DNA of 64,000 bases from an uncultured bacterium (GTDB lineage Bacteria > Krumholzibacteriota > Krumholzibacteriia > LZORAL124-64-63), in contig CAVSZB010000007.1 in NCBI GenBank assembly GCA_963732385.1, forward strand, positions 384,001 to 448,000. The letters run 5' to 3'. The notes beneath the pieces were generated by a model that was not told where the DNA came from, ran no database searches, and worked only from the letters and a program-made list of their open reading frames with translations. This document shows positions 19,133 through 28,334 of this stretch, in pieces; the first letter of the stretch is position 1, and the number at the start of each line of letters is the position of its first letter. The translations under genes were made by a program, and so were the position numbers.

Positions 19133-20047
19133 TCAGCGGCGTCGCGGCCCCCGGGCGCGCGGGTGCGCCGCGCGGTAGGCCTCGAGAAGATGCGTCTGAC
19201 TGACGTGGGTGTAGATCTCGGTAGTGCCGATGTCGGCATGGCCGAGCAGCGCCTGTACGACCCGCAGGTCCGCTCCCCCCTCGAGCAGGTGAGTGGCGTA
19301 GCTGTGGCGCAGGGCGTGCGGCGTCACCTCCACCCCCAGCCCCGCCGCGAGGGCGTGGCGCTTGAGCAGTTGCCAGACCCCCCCCCGGGTGAGCCGGCCG
19401 CCGCGCAGGTTGAGGATGAGGGCGGCGCTGGGGCGTCGGCCGCGGCAGACGGGACGCCCGCGGGCCAGGTACGCCGCCACGGCGCGCAGCGCCGGCTCGC
19501 CGACCGGCAGCAGGCGCTCCTTGCTCCCCTTGCCGAGCACCCGCACGGTGCGGTCGGCCGGGTCGAGATCGCCCAGGTCGAGCCCGCACAACTCGCTCAC
19601 CCGCAGGCCGCAGCCGTAGAGCAGTTCGAGGATGGCCCGGTCGCGCAGGCCGGCCGGCTCGCCGACCGCCGGGGCGCGCAGCAGCCGAACCACCTGACCC
19701 GCGGTCAGCACGCGGGGCAGCCGTCGCCCGATCCTCGGCGCCAGCAGCGTGGTGGTAGGATCGCCGCGACTGAGCCCCTCGGTGACCAGGAAGCGGTGGA
19801 AACCGCGCAACGTGGAGAGCAGGCGGGCGCGGGAGCGGGCGCCGAGCCGCCCGGCCGCGGCGATCAGGAAGCGCCGCAGGTCGGCGTCGCGCAGGTCGGC
19901 CGGGGCCGCGATCCGCTCGCGCTCAGCCCACAGGCGGAGCCCTGCGAGGTCGCGGCGGTACGCCAGGAGCGTGTTGCGCGCCAGCCCCCGTTCAGCGGAG
20001 AGATGCGCGATGAACGCGCCGATGGCGACCTCCCATTCCGCCGCCAT
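19133..20047 (-). CDS. xerD: Tyrosine recombinase XerD
   Basis: ERGLARNT..AYRRDL, RDRAILELLYGCGLRVSE, GKGSKER, HALRHSYATHLL, LGHADIGTTEIYTH. Confidence 0.88.
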   Translation of the reverse strand: MAAEWEVAIGAFIAHLSAERGLARNTLLAYRRDLAGLRLWAERERIAAPADLRDADLRRFLIAAAGRLGARSRARLLSTLRGFHRFLVTEGLSRGDPTTTLLAPRIGRRLPRVLTAGQVVRLLRAPAVGEPAGLRDRAILELLYGCGLRVSELCGLDLGDLDPADRTVRVLGKGSKERLLPVGEPALRAVAAYLARGRPVCRGRRPSAALILNLRGGRLTRGGVWQLLKRHALAAGLGVEVTPHALRHSYATHLLEGGADLRVVQALLGHADIGTTEIYTHVSQTHLLEAYRAAHPRARGPRRR

Positions 20048-21924
20048 CAGCGACCGTCCCGCGCGGCGAACCAGGCCAGGATGCGCTCCGCGTCGTTGCG
20101 GGAGAGGCCGCGGACCGCGCCCAGCTCCGCGGCGCCGGCCGCGCGCACGGCTGCGACGGAGCCGAAGTGGTACAACAGGGCCAGCTTCCTGGCCCGGCCG
20201 ATGCCGGGGATCGCGTCGAGCAGCGACGCCTCGGTGCGGCGGTCGCGTAGCAGTCGGTGATAGGTGATGGCAAAGCGGTGCGCCTCGTTCCGGATCCGCT
20301 GCAGATAGAGACGCGACGGATTGTGTCCCGGCAAAGAGAGCGGAGAGCGACCGCCATCGCGGTGCACGATCTCCTCCTGTTTGGCCAGGCCGATCGCCTC
20401 GGTGGCGGCGAAGCCGTGGGCGTCGAGCACATCGCGCGCCACGCCGAGCTGGCCCGGTCCCCCGTCCACCATGACCAGGTCGGGCGGCCGTTGCGCGGCG
20501 GCCGCCAGCCGACCGAAATGCCGGGTCAGCACCTCGCGCATCATCGCGTAGTCGTCGATCCCGGCGACGGTACGGATCCGGAAGCGGCGATAGGCCGACT
20601 TGAGGGGCTCGCCGCCGCGGAATGTCACCAGGGAGCCGACCGCCTCGCGCCCCTGGAAGTTCGAGATGTCGAAACAGACGATCGTCTCGGGCACGGTGCG
20701 CAGGCCGAGCGCCTCCTGCAGCCTCACCGCCGGCGCGGCGAGGCGTTTAGCGCCGCGTCCCGCCCCTGCCTCCGCCCCGAGCCGCGCCTCCCGCTCGAGC
20801 TGGTGCGCGGCGTTGGCGAGCGCCAGCGCCATCACGGCGCGCTTCGCCCCGCGCACCGGACGGCGCAACACGACACGACCGCCGCGCCGGGTCGTCAGCC
20901 AGTGCTCCCACTCCGCATGGTGCGCCAGCGGGTGCGAGACCAGCACCTCGGCCGGGACCTCCCCCGCCCGATCGTAGTACTCCCGCAGCAGCTGGGCGAG
21001 GAAGTCCTCCGGGCCGCTGGCGAGACGGTCGGCGAGCAGGAAGCGGTGCGTGGTGAGCACCTTGCCGCCGCGCACCCGCAGCACGAGGCCGCAGGCCGCC
21101 CCGCCGTCGCGAACCAGCGCGCAGACATCGAGGGCGCCGCCCAGCCCCGCCACCGCCTGGGTGGCGCCGAGCGTCCGCTCCAGCATCTGCAGGCGGTCGC
21201 GGGCGGCCGCCGCCTCCTCGTATCGCTGCGCGGCGGCGTGCGTCGCCATCTCCCGGCGCAGGTCGGCCAGGAGGCGCCGGTCGGCCCCCTCCAGGAACAG
21301 CACGAGCTGGCGTACGCGGCGGCGGTAGGTGTCGCGGCCGTCGTAGCCGACGCACGGGGCCGAGCAACGGCCGATCTGGTGGTCGAGACAGGGGCGAGGC
21401 ACGGTCTGCTCCGGCAGGTCGAGGTGGCAGGTGCGGATCCGGAACGCGCCGGCGGCGAATTTGAGCGTCTCGCGCATGGCGCGCGCATCGGTGTAGGGAC
21501 CGAAATAGCGGGCGCCGTCGGGGGCGAGGCGACGCACCACGGCCACGCGCGGGAACGGTTCCTGCACGCTCACGCGCACCCAGGGGAACGACTTGTCGTC
21601 CTTAAGGCGGATGTTGTAGAGGGGACGGTACTCCCGGATGAGTTGAGCCTCGAGCACCAGCGCCTCGAAATCGCTGGCGGTCACGATCAGGTCGAAATCG
21701 GCGATCTGGCGCACCAGCTGGGCGATGCGGGGCCCATGGTCGGCTCCGGGCTGGAAGTAGGAGCGGACGCGCTGGGCCAGGCGAAGCGCCTTGCCGACGT
21801 AGATGACCCTGCCCTGGCGGTTCTTGTGCAGGTAGACCCCCGGGGCGTCAGGCAACGTGGCCAGCCGTGCCGCCAGGGTGGCGGCACGCTCCGCGTCCGA
21901 CGGGTTGGGGTCCGGCCTTGACAT
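20047..21924 (-). CDS. uvrC: Excinuclease ABC subunit C
   Basis: GIY-YIG domain (PGVY...IYVGKA...RVRSYF), YNIRLKDDK, CFDISN, VDGG.GQL, RNEAHRFAI, C-terminal HhH. Confidence 0.96.
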   Translation of the reverse strand: MSRPDPNPSDAERAATLAARLATLPDAPGVYLHKNRQGRVIYVGKALRLAQRVRSYFQPGADHGPRIAQLVRQIADFDLIVTASDFEALVLEAQLIREYRPLYNIRLKDDKSFPWVRVSVQEPFPRVAVVRRLAPDGARYFGPYTDARAMRETLKFAAGAFRIRTCHLDLPEQTVPRPCLDHQIGRCSAPCVGYDGRDTYRRRVRQLVLFLEGADRRLLADLRREMATHAAAQRYEEAAAARDRLQMLERTLGATQAVAGLGGALDVCALVRDGGAACGLVLRVRGGKVLTTHRFLLADRLASGPEDFLAQLLREYYDRAGEVPAEVLVSHPLAHHAEWEHWLTTRRGGRVVLRRPVRGAKRAVMALALANAAHQLEREARLGAEAGAGRGAKRLAAPAVRLQEALGLRTVPETIVCFDISNFQGREAVGSLVTFRGGEPLKSAYRRFRIRTVAGIDDYAMMREVLTRHFGRLAAAAQRPPDLVMVDGGPGQLGVARDVLDAHGFAATEAIGLAKQEEIVHRDGGRSPLSLPGHNPSRLYLQRIRNEAHRFAITYHRLLRDRRTEASLLDAIPGIGRARKLALLYHFGSVAAVRAAGAAELGAVRGLSRNDAERILAWFAARDGR

Positions 21925-21946
21925 CCCTCGCCTTTCCGGCTAAATT
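21918..21946 (+). promoter_or_regulatory. sigma70-type promoter for rpsT
   Basis: TTGACA-N17-TAAATT; the -35 box overlaps the divergent uvrC start codon. Confidence 0.75.
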
Positions 21947-21981
21947 CCTTCGCCTGTTCAGTTTTCAGGAGGTTGTGTTCG

Positions 21982-22239
21982 TTGCCTCATCATAAAAGTG
22001 CCAAGAAGCGGGTCCTCACCAACGAGAAGTCGCGTCTGCGCAACCGCCAGAATCGGGCGGAGATGCGTTCGACGGTGAAGACCTTCCGCGCGCTCGCCGA
22101 AGAGGGCGAGAAGGACCAGGTGGCCGCCAAGCTGCCCGCCATGCACAGCCTGATCGATGTCCAGGCGCGCAAGGGCATCATTCCGAAGCGGCGGGCCGCG
22201 CGTTTGAAGTCCCGCCTGGCCGCCCTGACCAGCAAGTAG
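21982..22239 (+). CDS. rpsT: 30S ribosomal protein S20
   Basis: PHHKSAKKR...NR...ID...KGII.K..AAR.KSRL; TTG start 9 nt after AGGAGG. Confidence 0.95.
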   Translation: MPHHKSAKKRVLTNEKSRLRNRQNRAEMRSTVKTFRALAEEGEKDQVAAKLPAMHSLIDVQARKGIIPKRRAARLKSRLAALTSK

Positions 22240-22264
22240 CAGGCGTCGCCGCCGTCACGCTCGA

Positions 22265-22291
22265 AGGGCCCGCCCGGCGGGCCCTCTTCTT
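22265..22291. terminator. Intrinsic terminator hairpin between convergent rpsT and dapB
   Basis: AGGGCCCGC-ccg-GCGGGCCCT followed by CTTCTT. Confidence 0.65.
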
Positions 22292-22302
22292 GTGCCTGGC
22301 GC

Positions 22303-23037
22303 TCACCGCCCGGACGCCAGCACATCCGCCATCCCGAACAGCCCCGGTCCGCTGACGGCGGCAAAGCGCACCGCCGGCGCCACTCCGCGCAGGAAGGCCT
22401 GGCGGGAGTGCGCGCGATGGGTCAGGACGAGGGTCTCCTCGGCGTCGGCGAGCGTCCAGGAATGCTCGCCGGTGATCCCCCCCAGCCGCTGCGCGTGGAC
22501 CGTGACCGGACCGTCGCCCCGCACCGTCTCCCAGGCCGCGGCGAGCTGGCGTGCGGTGCCGCTGGGCGCATCGCGCTTCTGCGCGTGGTGCGTTTCGACC
22601 TGCTCCGCGCCGAACCCGGCCGGCAGGATCCGCGCGAGCAGTTCCAGGGCCATCTGCAGGGCCGGAATTCCGGCGCTGAAGTTGGCGGCGTGGACGACCG
22701 CGTGGTCGCGCGCGTAGACCGCCAGCGTCGCCTGCTGCGCCGGCGTGTATCCCGTGGTGCCGATCACGAGCGGAGCACGGGTGGCCGCAGCGCCGGCCAG
22801 CAGTCCCTCGAGCGCGCCCGCCAGCGAGAAGTCCACGATCACCCCGCCCGGCGGATGCGCGGCGGCCAGCCCCTCCTGTCCGGTCAGCTCCAGCCCGGGG
22901 TGGAACGTGCCGGCCGGCCGGCCGCGTCCCGGCTCCGTCACCAGGGCGGCGAGGCGGACGTCGGTCGTGGTTGCCAGCAGTTCGGTCACCAGGCGACCCA
23001 TGCGTCCCTCGGCCCCATGCACGGTGACGTCGATCAT
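22303..23037 (-). CDS. dapB: 4-hydroxy-tetrahydrodipicolinate reductase
   Basis: GAEGRMG, VDFS, VIGTTG, AANFS, ETHHAQKRDAPSGTA, HRAHSRQAF. Confidence 0.93.
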   Translation of the reverse strand: MIDVTVHGAEGRMGRLVTELLATTTDVRLAALVTEPGRGRPAGTFHPGLELTGQEGLAAAHPPGGVIVDFSLAGALEGLLAGAAATRAPLVIGTTGYTPAQQATLAVYARDHAVVHAANFSAGIPALQMALELLARILPAGFGAEQVETHHAQKRDAPSGTARQLAAAWETVRGDGPVTVHAQRLGGITGEHSWTLADAEETLVLTHRAHSRQAFLRGVAPAVRFAAVSGPGLFGMADVLASGR

Positions 23038-23951
23038 GCGTCGTCCTCCCCGTCCCGCGCGACCAGCGCGGCGAGCGTGGTGGCATGGAAACGGGAAAGG
23101 AATTCGGCGTGCGCCGCCGTGACCGTCGCCAGCGGCGGCCGCGGCTCGCGTCCGCACAGGCCGAGCCGGTGCAGCAGCTCCTTTACGGGGACCGGGTTGG
23201 TCTCCACGAAGCACGCCTTGACGACCGGGTCGAGCCGGCGCGAAAGCCAGAACGCGCGCGCCACGTCGCCCGCCTGCCAGGCCCGCCACATCCGCACCAC
23301 GGCGCCCGGGAGCAGGTTGCTGACGACCGACACGGTGCCACGCGCGCCGAGCCCCCAGACCGGGAAGCTGAGCCCGTCGTCGCCGCAGAACACCTTCAGG
23401 TCGCAGCGGCCGATCGCCTCCTCGATCTGATCGGGGTTGCCGCTCGATTCCTTCAGGGCCACCACGTTCGGCTCCGCGGCGATCTCGGCGGCGGTAGCCG
23501 GCAGCAGGTTCACAGCCGTGCGTCCCGGCACGTTGTAGACCATGATCGGCAGGTCGACCGCGCGGGCCACGGCCTGGAAGTGCGCCACCAGGGCGTGCGG
23601 CTGCGGTTTGTTGTAGAACGGGGTGACGACGAGCGCGGCGTCGGCGCCCCATTCGCGCGCGGCGCGCACGTTCTCGATCGTGGTGCGGGTGTCGTTGGTG
23701 CCGGCCCCGGCGACGACGGCGCAGCGGCCGCGCGCCAGGTCGAGACAGGAGCGCACGAGCCACTCCCTCTCCGCCAGGGTCAGCGTCGCCCCCTCGCCGG
23801 TGCTGCCGGCCGGCACGAGGCCCGCCACGCCGGCGTCGAGCTGACGGTTCACCAGGCGCACCCACGCCTCACGGTCCACTTCGCCGTCGCGCAGCGGCGT
23901 CACCAGGGCTGTGTAGATGCCGTCGGGCATCGTCCAGGTCTTGTCAGTCAT
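23034..23951 (-). CDS. dapA: 4-hydroxy-tetrahydrodipicolinate synthase
   Basis: TALVTP, GSTGE, PFYNKP, YNVPGRT, LKES, ETNPVPVK. Confidence 0.95.
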   Translation of the reverse strand: MTDKTWTMPDGIYTALVTPLRDGEVDREAWVRLVNRQLDAGVAGLVPAGSTGEGATLTLAEREWLVRSCLDLARGRCAVVAGAGTNDTRTTIENVRAAREWGADAALVVTPFYNKPQPHALVAHFQAVARAVDLPIMVYNVPGRTAVNLLPATAAEIAAEPNVVALKESSGNPDQIEEAIGRCDLKVFCGDDGLSFPVWGLGARGTVSVVSNLLPGAVVRMWRAWQAGDVARAFWLSRRLDPVVKACFVETNPVPVKELLHRLGLCGREPRPPLATVTAAHAEFLSRFHATTLAALVARDGEDDA

Positions 23952-24768
23952 CCAGGTCCACCTCTCCTGTGAAGGCCACGGCTGCCGGCCCGCGCAGGTG
24001 CAGGCGGGGACCGGCGGCGTCCTCCTCGAGCGTGATCGTCAGGGTGTCGCCGCCGTGCGTGAGCAGCGCCACGGGCGAAACGGCCAGGCCGAGCCGGCAG
24101 AGCACGAACGCCACGGCCGAGGCGCCGGTTCCGCAGGCGAGGGTCTCCCCCTCGACGCCGCGCTCGAAGGTGCGCAGCCGGTGCGGCGCATCGACCGCAC
24201 CGCCGGGGCTGACCCAGTTGACGTTCGCGCCGGCGGGACCGCCGGCGGGGTGCCGGCGCAGGACCGGTCCCCAGCGCCCGGGATCGACCGCGTCGACGTC
24301 GTCGACAGGAATGACGAGGTGCGGCACGCCGGTGTTGACGAAGTGCGCGGCGGGAAACGGCAGCTCCGCGCCGAGGTCAAGCTGCAGGCGCAGATCGCGC
24401 GGCGGGGTGAGCTGCACGCTGATCTCGCCCGCCTCGCGGCGCCCGGTGACCGGGCCGCTGCGGGTGCGAAAGACGCAGGTCTCGCCGCGCACCAGACCGA
24501 TCGCGCGCGCGAAGGCGACGGCGCAACGGGCGCCATTGCCGCACATGTCGGCCTCGCCGCCGTCCGCGTTATAGTAGGTCATGGCGAAGTCCTGGTCGCG
24601 ATCGGGCGCCACGATGATCAGTCCGTCTCCGCCGACGCCCCGCCGGCGGTCGCACAGGCCGGCGATGCGCGCGGCGTCGAGACCGACGGCCGGCAGATTC
24701 CGGCCGTCGATCATGACGAAATCGTTGCCCGCGCCATGCATCTTGACGAAAGCGAGCGGCTGCTTCAC
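23944..24768 (-). CDS. dapF: Diaminopimelate epimerase
   Basis: KMHGAGNDF, NADG...MCGNG, NTGVPH, FERGVEGETLACGTG. Confidence 0.96.
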   Translation of the reverse strand: MKQPLAFVKMHGAGNDFVMIDGRNLPAVGLDAARIAGLCDRRRGVGGDGLIIVAPDRDQDFAMTYYNADGGEADMCGNGARCAVAFARAIGLVRGETCVFRTRSGPVTGRREAGEISVQLTPPRDLRLQLDLGAELPFPAAHFVNTGVPHLVIPVDDVDAVDPGRWGPVLRRHPAGGPAGANVNWVSPGGAVDAPHRLRTFERGVEGETLACGTGASAVAFVLCRLGLAVSPVALLTHGGDTLTITLEEDAAGPRLHLRGPAAVAFTGEVDLDD

Positions 24769-24793
24769 CCCGGCTCCTTCCCGGCGGGTCGTC

Positions 24794-26026
24794 TCAACGG
24801 CGGGCGGCGGTGTCGGGCGGCGCGTGGCCGCTGTCGGCGGGGGCCCCGCTCCAGGGGGTCAGGTTAGCAGGGAAGCGACCGGCGCGAAAGACGGTTTCGA
24901 GACCCGGTTCCACGGCGAGGGAGTCGACCAGCAGGTGCGGTTCGAGCCAGCGGAGCAGGCGCTGAGGCGACTGCGTCGCGCTGCTGTCCTGCGGCTGCGT
25001 CGCGCTGCTGTCGAGCGGCTGCGTCGCAACGCTGAAGAGGCTGTCGCCGTCGAGATCGGCGAACAGGATCAGGCGCACGAGGCCGGGTCCGGCCTTGTCC
25101 CACACCACGCGGGTGCCGCGCGGCACGGGACGCTGCCCCGGCGGGCGGCGGCTCGACGGCAGCGCGACCCAGCCGCTGTCGGAGTCGGCGATCCGCTCCA
25201 CCCAGCCGTACAGGGGGGCGGTCCAGGGGGGAGTGCTGTCGATCACGCCGGCGACCAGGCCGGGGTCGGTAGGGGCGAAGATTGTGGCCGCCGCGAGGGC
25301 GAGCCGGGGGCTGGCCGCAGTGATCCGAACGGTGTCGGGCAGCAGACGTTCCGCCTCCCCCTCCCCCGCGCGGCGGTCGTTGTTCGCGTCGACCCAGGCG
25401 TGCAGCAGCCAGGGACCGCCCGGAGCGTACAGCCAGGGGAAACGGAAACGGCCGAGGGAGTCGGTGTCCGCACGGCGGAGCACAGGGCGCCGGCTCCAGA
25501 CCAGCGTCTCGGGCCACGCCGGCAGCAGTTCGACCACCCCCTGGCGCACCGCCTTGCCGCCGAGCACGAGCGAGCCGCCGATCTCACCGCCGGGGAGACT
25601 GTCGTCGGTGGCGATCGCCCAGACCCGGCCGGCTTTGCTGGCGACCCGGTGCGCGTCGGGCAGGCCGGCCGGCACTTCAACCACGATCACCGTATCGGGC
25701 GGCAGGGGCGCCGCGAGCACGACCCGGGCCGTGCGGCGCCCCTCCCACGCGGTACGTTCCACCGTGAGCGGCGGATAGGTGCGGATGAGCCGCGTGGCCG
25801 GGCGCGGATCGACCTTCTCGCCGAAGGTGAACCGCAGTTCCCGCACGTCTCCCAGCCCGACCGTCCCCGACTCCGGCCAGGCCGCCGTCAGTCGGGGCGG
25901 CGTCTTGTCCTCCGGGCCGCCCCGCGGCGCCTCGATCGTCGCGCAGGCCGCCCCGAGCGTGAGCGCAAGCGCGGCGGCCAGCCCAGGGAGCCGGCGCGCG
26001 GCGGCCGGGAGCGGGCCGGTCCTCAT
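24794..26026 (-). CDS. Ig-like (Big_5-type) domain lipoprotein
   Basis: Signal peptide ending LGAA-C, then CATIEAPRGGPEDKTPP, matching the CA..P.GGP.D..PP pattern of FCB Big_5 lipoproteins; D.N.D-type loops (VDANND, ADLDGD). Confidence 0.7.
   Translation of the reverse strand: MRTGPLPAAARRLPGLAAALALTLGAACATIEAPRGGPEDKTPPRLTAAWPESGTVGLGDVRELRFTFGEKVDPRPATRLIRTYPPLTVERTAWEGRRTARVVLAAPLPPDTVIVVEVPAGLPDAHRVASKAGRVWAIATDDSLPGGEIGGSLVLGGKAVRQGVVELLPAWPETLVWSRRPVLRRADTDSLGRFRFPWLYAPGGPWLLHAWVDANNDRRAGEGEAERLLPDTVRITAASPRLALAAATIFAPTDPGLVAGVIDSTPPWTAPLYGWVERIADSDSGWVALPSSRRPPGQRPVPRGTRVVWDKAGPGLVRLILFADLDGDSLFSVATQPLDSSATQPQDSSATQSPQRLLRWLEPHLLVDSLAVEPGLETVFRAGRFPANLTPWSGAPADSGHAPPDTAARR
24971..25027. 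repeat. In-frame 24-bp tandem repeat (about 2.4 copies)
   Basis: ctgcgtcgcgctgctgtcctgcgg / ctgcgtcgcgctgctgtcgagcgg / ctgcgtcgc; encodes ATQPLDSS-ATQPQDSS-ATQ. Confidence 0.9.
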
Positions 26027-26027
26027 G

Positions 26028-26948
26028 TCAGCCCATCAGCAGGGCCAGGATGGCCCGCTGCGCGTGCAGACGATTCTCCGCCTGGTCGAATACGGCGGAG
26101 CGGGGTCCGTCCATGATCGAGTCGGTGATCTCCTCGCCACGATGGGCCGGCAGGCAGTGCAGCACGATGCACGACGGATCGGCGGCGGCGAGCAGGTCGT
26201 CGTTGATCTGGAAGCCGGTGAAATCGCGTAGCCGCTTCTGGGACTCGGCCTCCTGCCCCATGCTGGTCCAGACGTCGCCGTAGACCACGTGGGCGCCGGC
26301 CACCGCCTCGCGCGGATCGTTGGTGATCTCGAACATGGCGCCGGCGGCGTCGGCCTGGCGGACGATCGCCTCGTCGGGCTCGTAACCGGGCGGGCAGGCC
26401 AGCTTGAAAGTGAAGGGGAACCGCATGGCGGCCGTCAACCAGCTGTGCGCGAGATTGTTTCCGTCGCCGACCATGACCACGGTCTTGTCCTCGATCGTGC
26501 CGAGGTGTTCCTCGACGGTGAGAATGTCGCCCATGACCTGGCAGGGGTGCAGCAGGTCGGTCAGGCCGTTGATCACCGGCACCGTGGCGTGGCGGGCGAG
26601 CTGGTCGACGTCCGACTGCGCGAACGTGCGGATCATGATCGCATCCACGAAACGCGACAGCACCTGGGCGACGTCGTGCACCGACTCGCGCTTGCCCAGA
26701 CCGATCTCCTGGTCGGTGATGTAGAGCGAGGTGCCGCCGAGCTGCCGGATCGCGACCTCGAAACTGACACGGGTGCGCAGGCTCGGCTTGGCGAAGACAC
26801 AGGCCAGCACGCGGCCGGGGTGTGACGGCGGCAGTTCGTGCCGCCGCGCCAGCGGCTTCTGCTGTTTCGCCAACTCGAGGATCCGGCGCAGATCCGCGCT
26901 GGTGTGCTGCTCGATGGTGAGAAAGTCCTTCTGGTTTCCGAGTGCCAT
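26028..26948 (-). CDS. argF: Ornithine carbamoyltransferase
   Basis: KPSLRTRVSF, INGLTDLLHPCQ, GDGNN, DVWTSMGQE, HCLPAHRGEE, QAENRLH. Confidence 0.95.
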   Translation of the reverse strand: MALGNQKDFLTIEQHTSADLRRILELAKQQKPLARRHELPPSHPGRVLACVFAKPSLRTRVSFEVAIRQLGGTSLYITDQEIGLGKRESVHDVAQVLSRFVDAIMIRTFAQSDVDQLARHATVPVINGLTDLLHPCQVMGDILTVEEHLGTIEDKTVVMVGDGNNLAHSWLTAAMRFPFTFKLACPPGYEPDEAIVRQADAAGAMFEITNDPREAVAGAHVVYGDVWTSMGQEAESQKRLRDFTGFQINDDLLAAADPSCIVLHCLPAHRGEEITDSIMDGPRSAVFDQAENRLHAQRAILALLMG

Positions 26949-26978
26949 GCCATCTCCTTGTCTGGTGCCTTGAGCCGG

Positions 26979-28334
26979 TCAGAGGATGTACCGGCTCAGA
27001 TCCTCGTCGCGCATGATATCGCCGAGCCGCGCTTCCACCAGCGCGCGGTCGACGGTGACCATTCCGGTGACCCCCTCGGGGGCGGTGAACAGCAGGTCGT
27101 CCAGCAGCTGGGCCATGACCGTCTGGAGGCGCCGGGCGCCGATGTTCTCGAGGCGGCGGTTCAGTTCCGCGGCGATGTTCGCGAGTTCGGTCACCGCCTC
27201 CGGCGTGAACGTGAGCTGCACGCCGTCGACCGCCAGCAGGGCGGTGTACTGTTTAAGCAGCGAGCCGTCGGTTTCGCCCAGGATCCGCACGAAGTCCGCC
27301 GCGCCAAGGCTCTCCAGTTCGACGCGCACCGGGAAGCGTCCCTGCAGTTCGGGAATCAGATCGCTCGGCTTGCTCATGTGGAAGGCGCCGGCGGCGATGA
27401 ACAGCACGTGGTCCGTGCGCACCGGCCCGTAGCGCGTGTTGACGACGCAGCCTTCCACCACCGGCAGCAGGTCGCGCTGCACCCCTTCGCGGCTGACATC
27501 CGGGCCGCCGCCGCCGCGATCGCCGCGCGTGGCGATCTTGTCGATCTCATCGAGGAATATCATGCCGCCCTGTTCGGCCAGGTCGATCGCCTCGGTCACG
27601 AGACGATCCTCGTCGATCCGCCGGGCCACCTCCTGCTGGCGCAGCAGGCGGCGCGCCTGCGTGACCGGCACGACGCGCTCGCGGTGGCGGCGCGGCATCA
27701 TGCCGCGCAGGGCGTCGCCGAGAGCCGATTCGACCTCCTCGCCAGCGGCCGCGAAAATGTTGCCCAGCGCCACCTTCTCCTCTTCGGTCGTGATCGTGAC
27801 GTCGCGGTCCTCGAACTGTCCGTCACGCAACTGCTCGCGGATCTTGTCGCGGCTGCGTTCCCAGCGCTGCTGACGCTCCGGATCGCCGGCGCCGAGCGGC
27901 GGGAACAGCAGGTCGATCAGGCGTTCCTCGACCGCGCGGTCGATCTCATCGCCCAGAGCCTGCTCGCGGCGGCGGCGCAGCAGCGCCAGCGCGCTCTCGA
28001 CCAGGTCGCGCACCATGGAATCGACATCCCGGCCTACGTAGCCCTTCTCGGTGAACTTGGTCGCCTCGACCTTCACGAACGGCAAGCCGGCGAGGGTGGC
28101 GAGACGACGGGCGATTTCGGTCTTGCCGACGCCGGTCGGCCCGATCATGAGGATGTTGGTCGGCACGATCTCGGCCCGCGCCTCGGGTGGCAGACGCAGG
28201 CGCCGCCAGCGGTTGCGCAGCGCGATCGCCACGGCCCGTTTGGCCTGCGCCTGGCCGATCACCCAGCGGTCGAGCTGCGCCGTGATGGCACGGCACGTCC
28301 ACCCCTCTCCGTCATGCGGCAGGAGCATCGTCAT
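26979..28334 (-). CDS. hslU: ATP-dependent protease ATPase subunit HslU
   Basis: NILMIGPTGVGKTEIARR, GYVGRDV, DEIDKI, VSREGVQRDLLP, ENIGARRL, C-terminal DLSRYIL. Confidence 0.96.
   Translation of the reverse strand: MTMLLPHDGEGWTCRAITAQLDRWVIGQAQAKRAVAIALRNRWRRLRLPPEARAEIVPTNILMIGPTGVGKTEIARRLATLAGLPFVKVEATKFTEKGYVGRDVDSMVRDLVESALALLRRRREQALGDEIDRAVEERLIDLLFPPLGAGDPERQQRWERSRDKIREQLRDGQFEDRDVTITTEEEKVALGNIFAAAGEEVESALGDALRGMMPRRHRERVVPVTQARRLLRQQEVARRIDEDRLVTEAIDLAEQGGMIFLDEIDKIATRGDRGGGGPDVSREGVQRDLLPVVEGCVVNTRYGPVRTDHVLFIAAGAFHMSKPSDLIPELQGRFPVRVELESLGAADFVRILGETDGSLLKQYTALLAVDGVQLTFTPEAVTELANIAAELNRRLENIGARRLQTVMAQLLDDLLFTAPEGVTGMVTVDRALVEARLGDIMRDEDLSRYIL

Noticed and set aside
24971..25027. 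24-bp repeat as a CRISPR array
   Set aside because: The copies are directly tandem with no spacers, lie in frame inside a CDS, and have no cas genes nearby.
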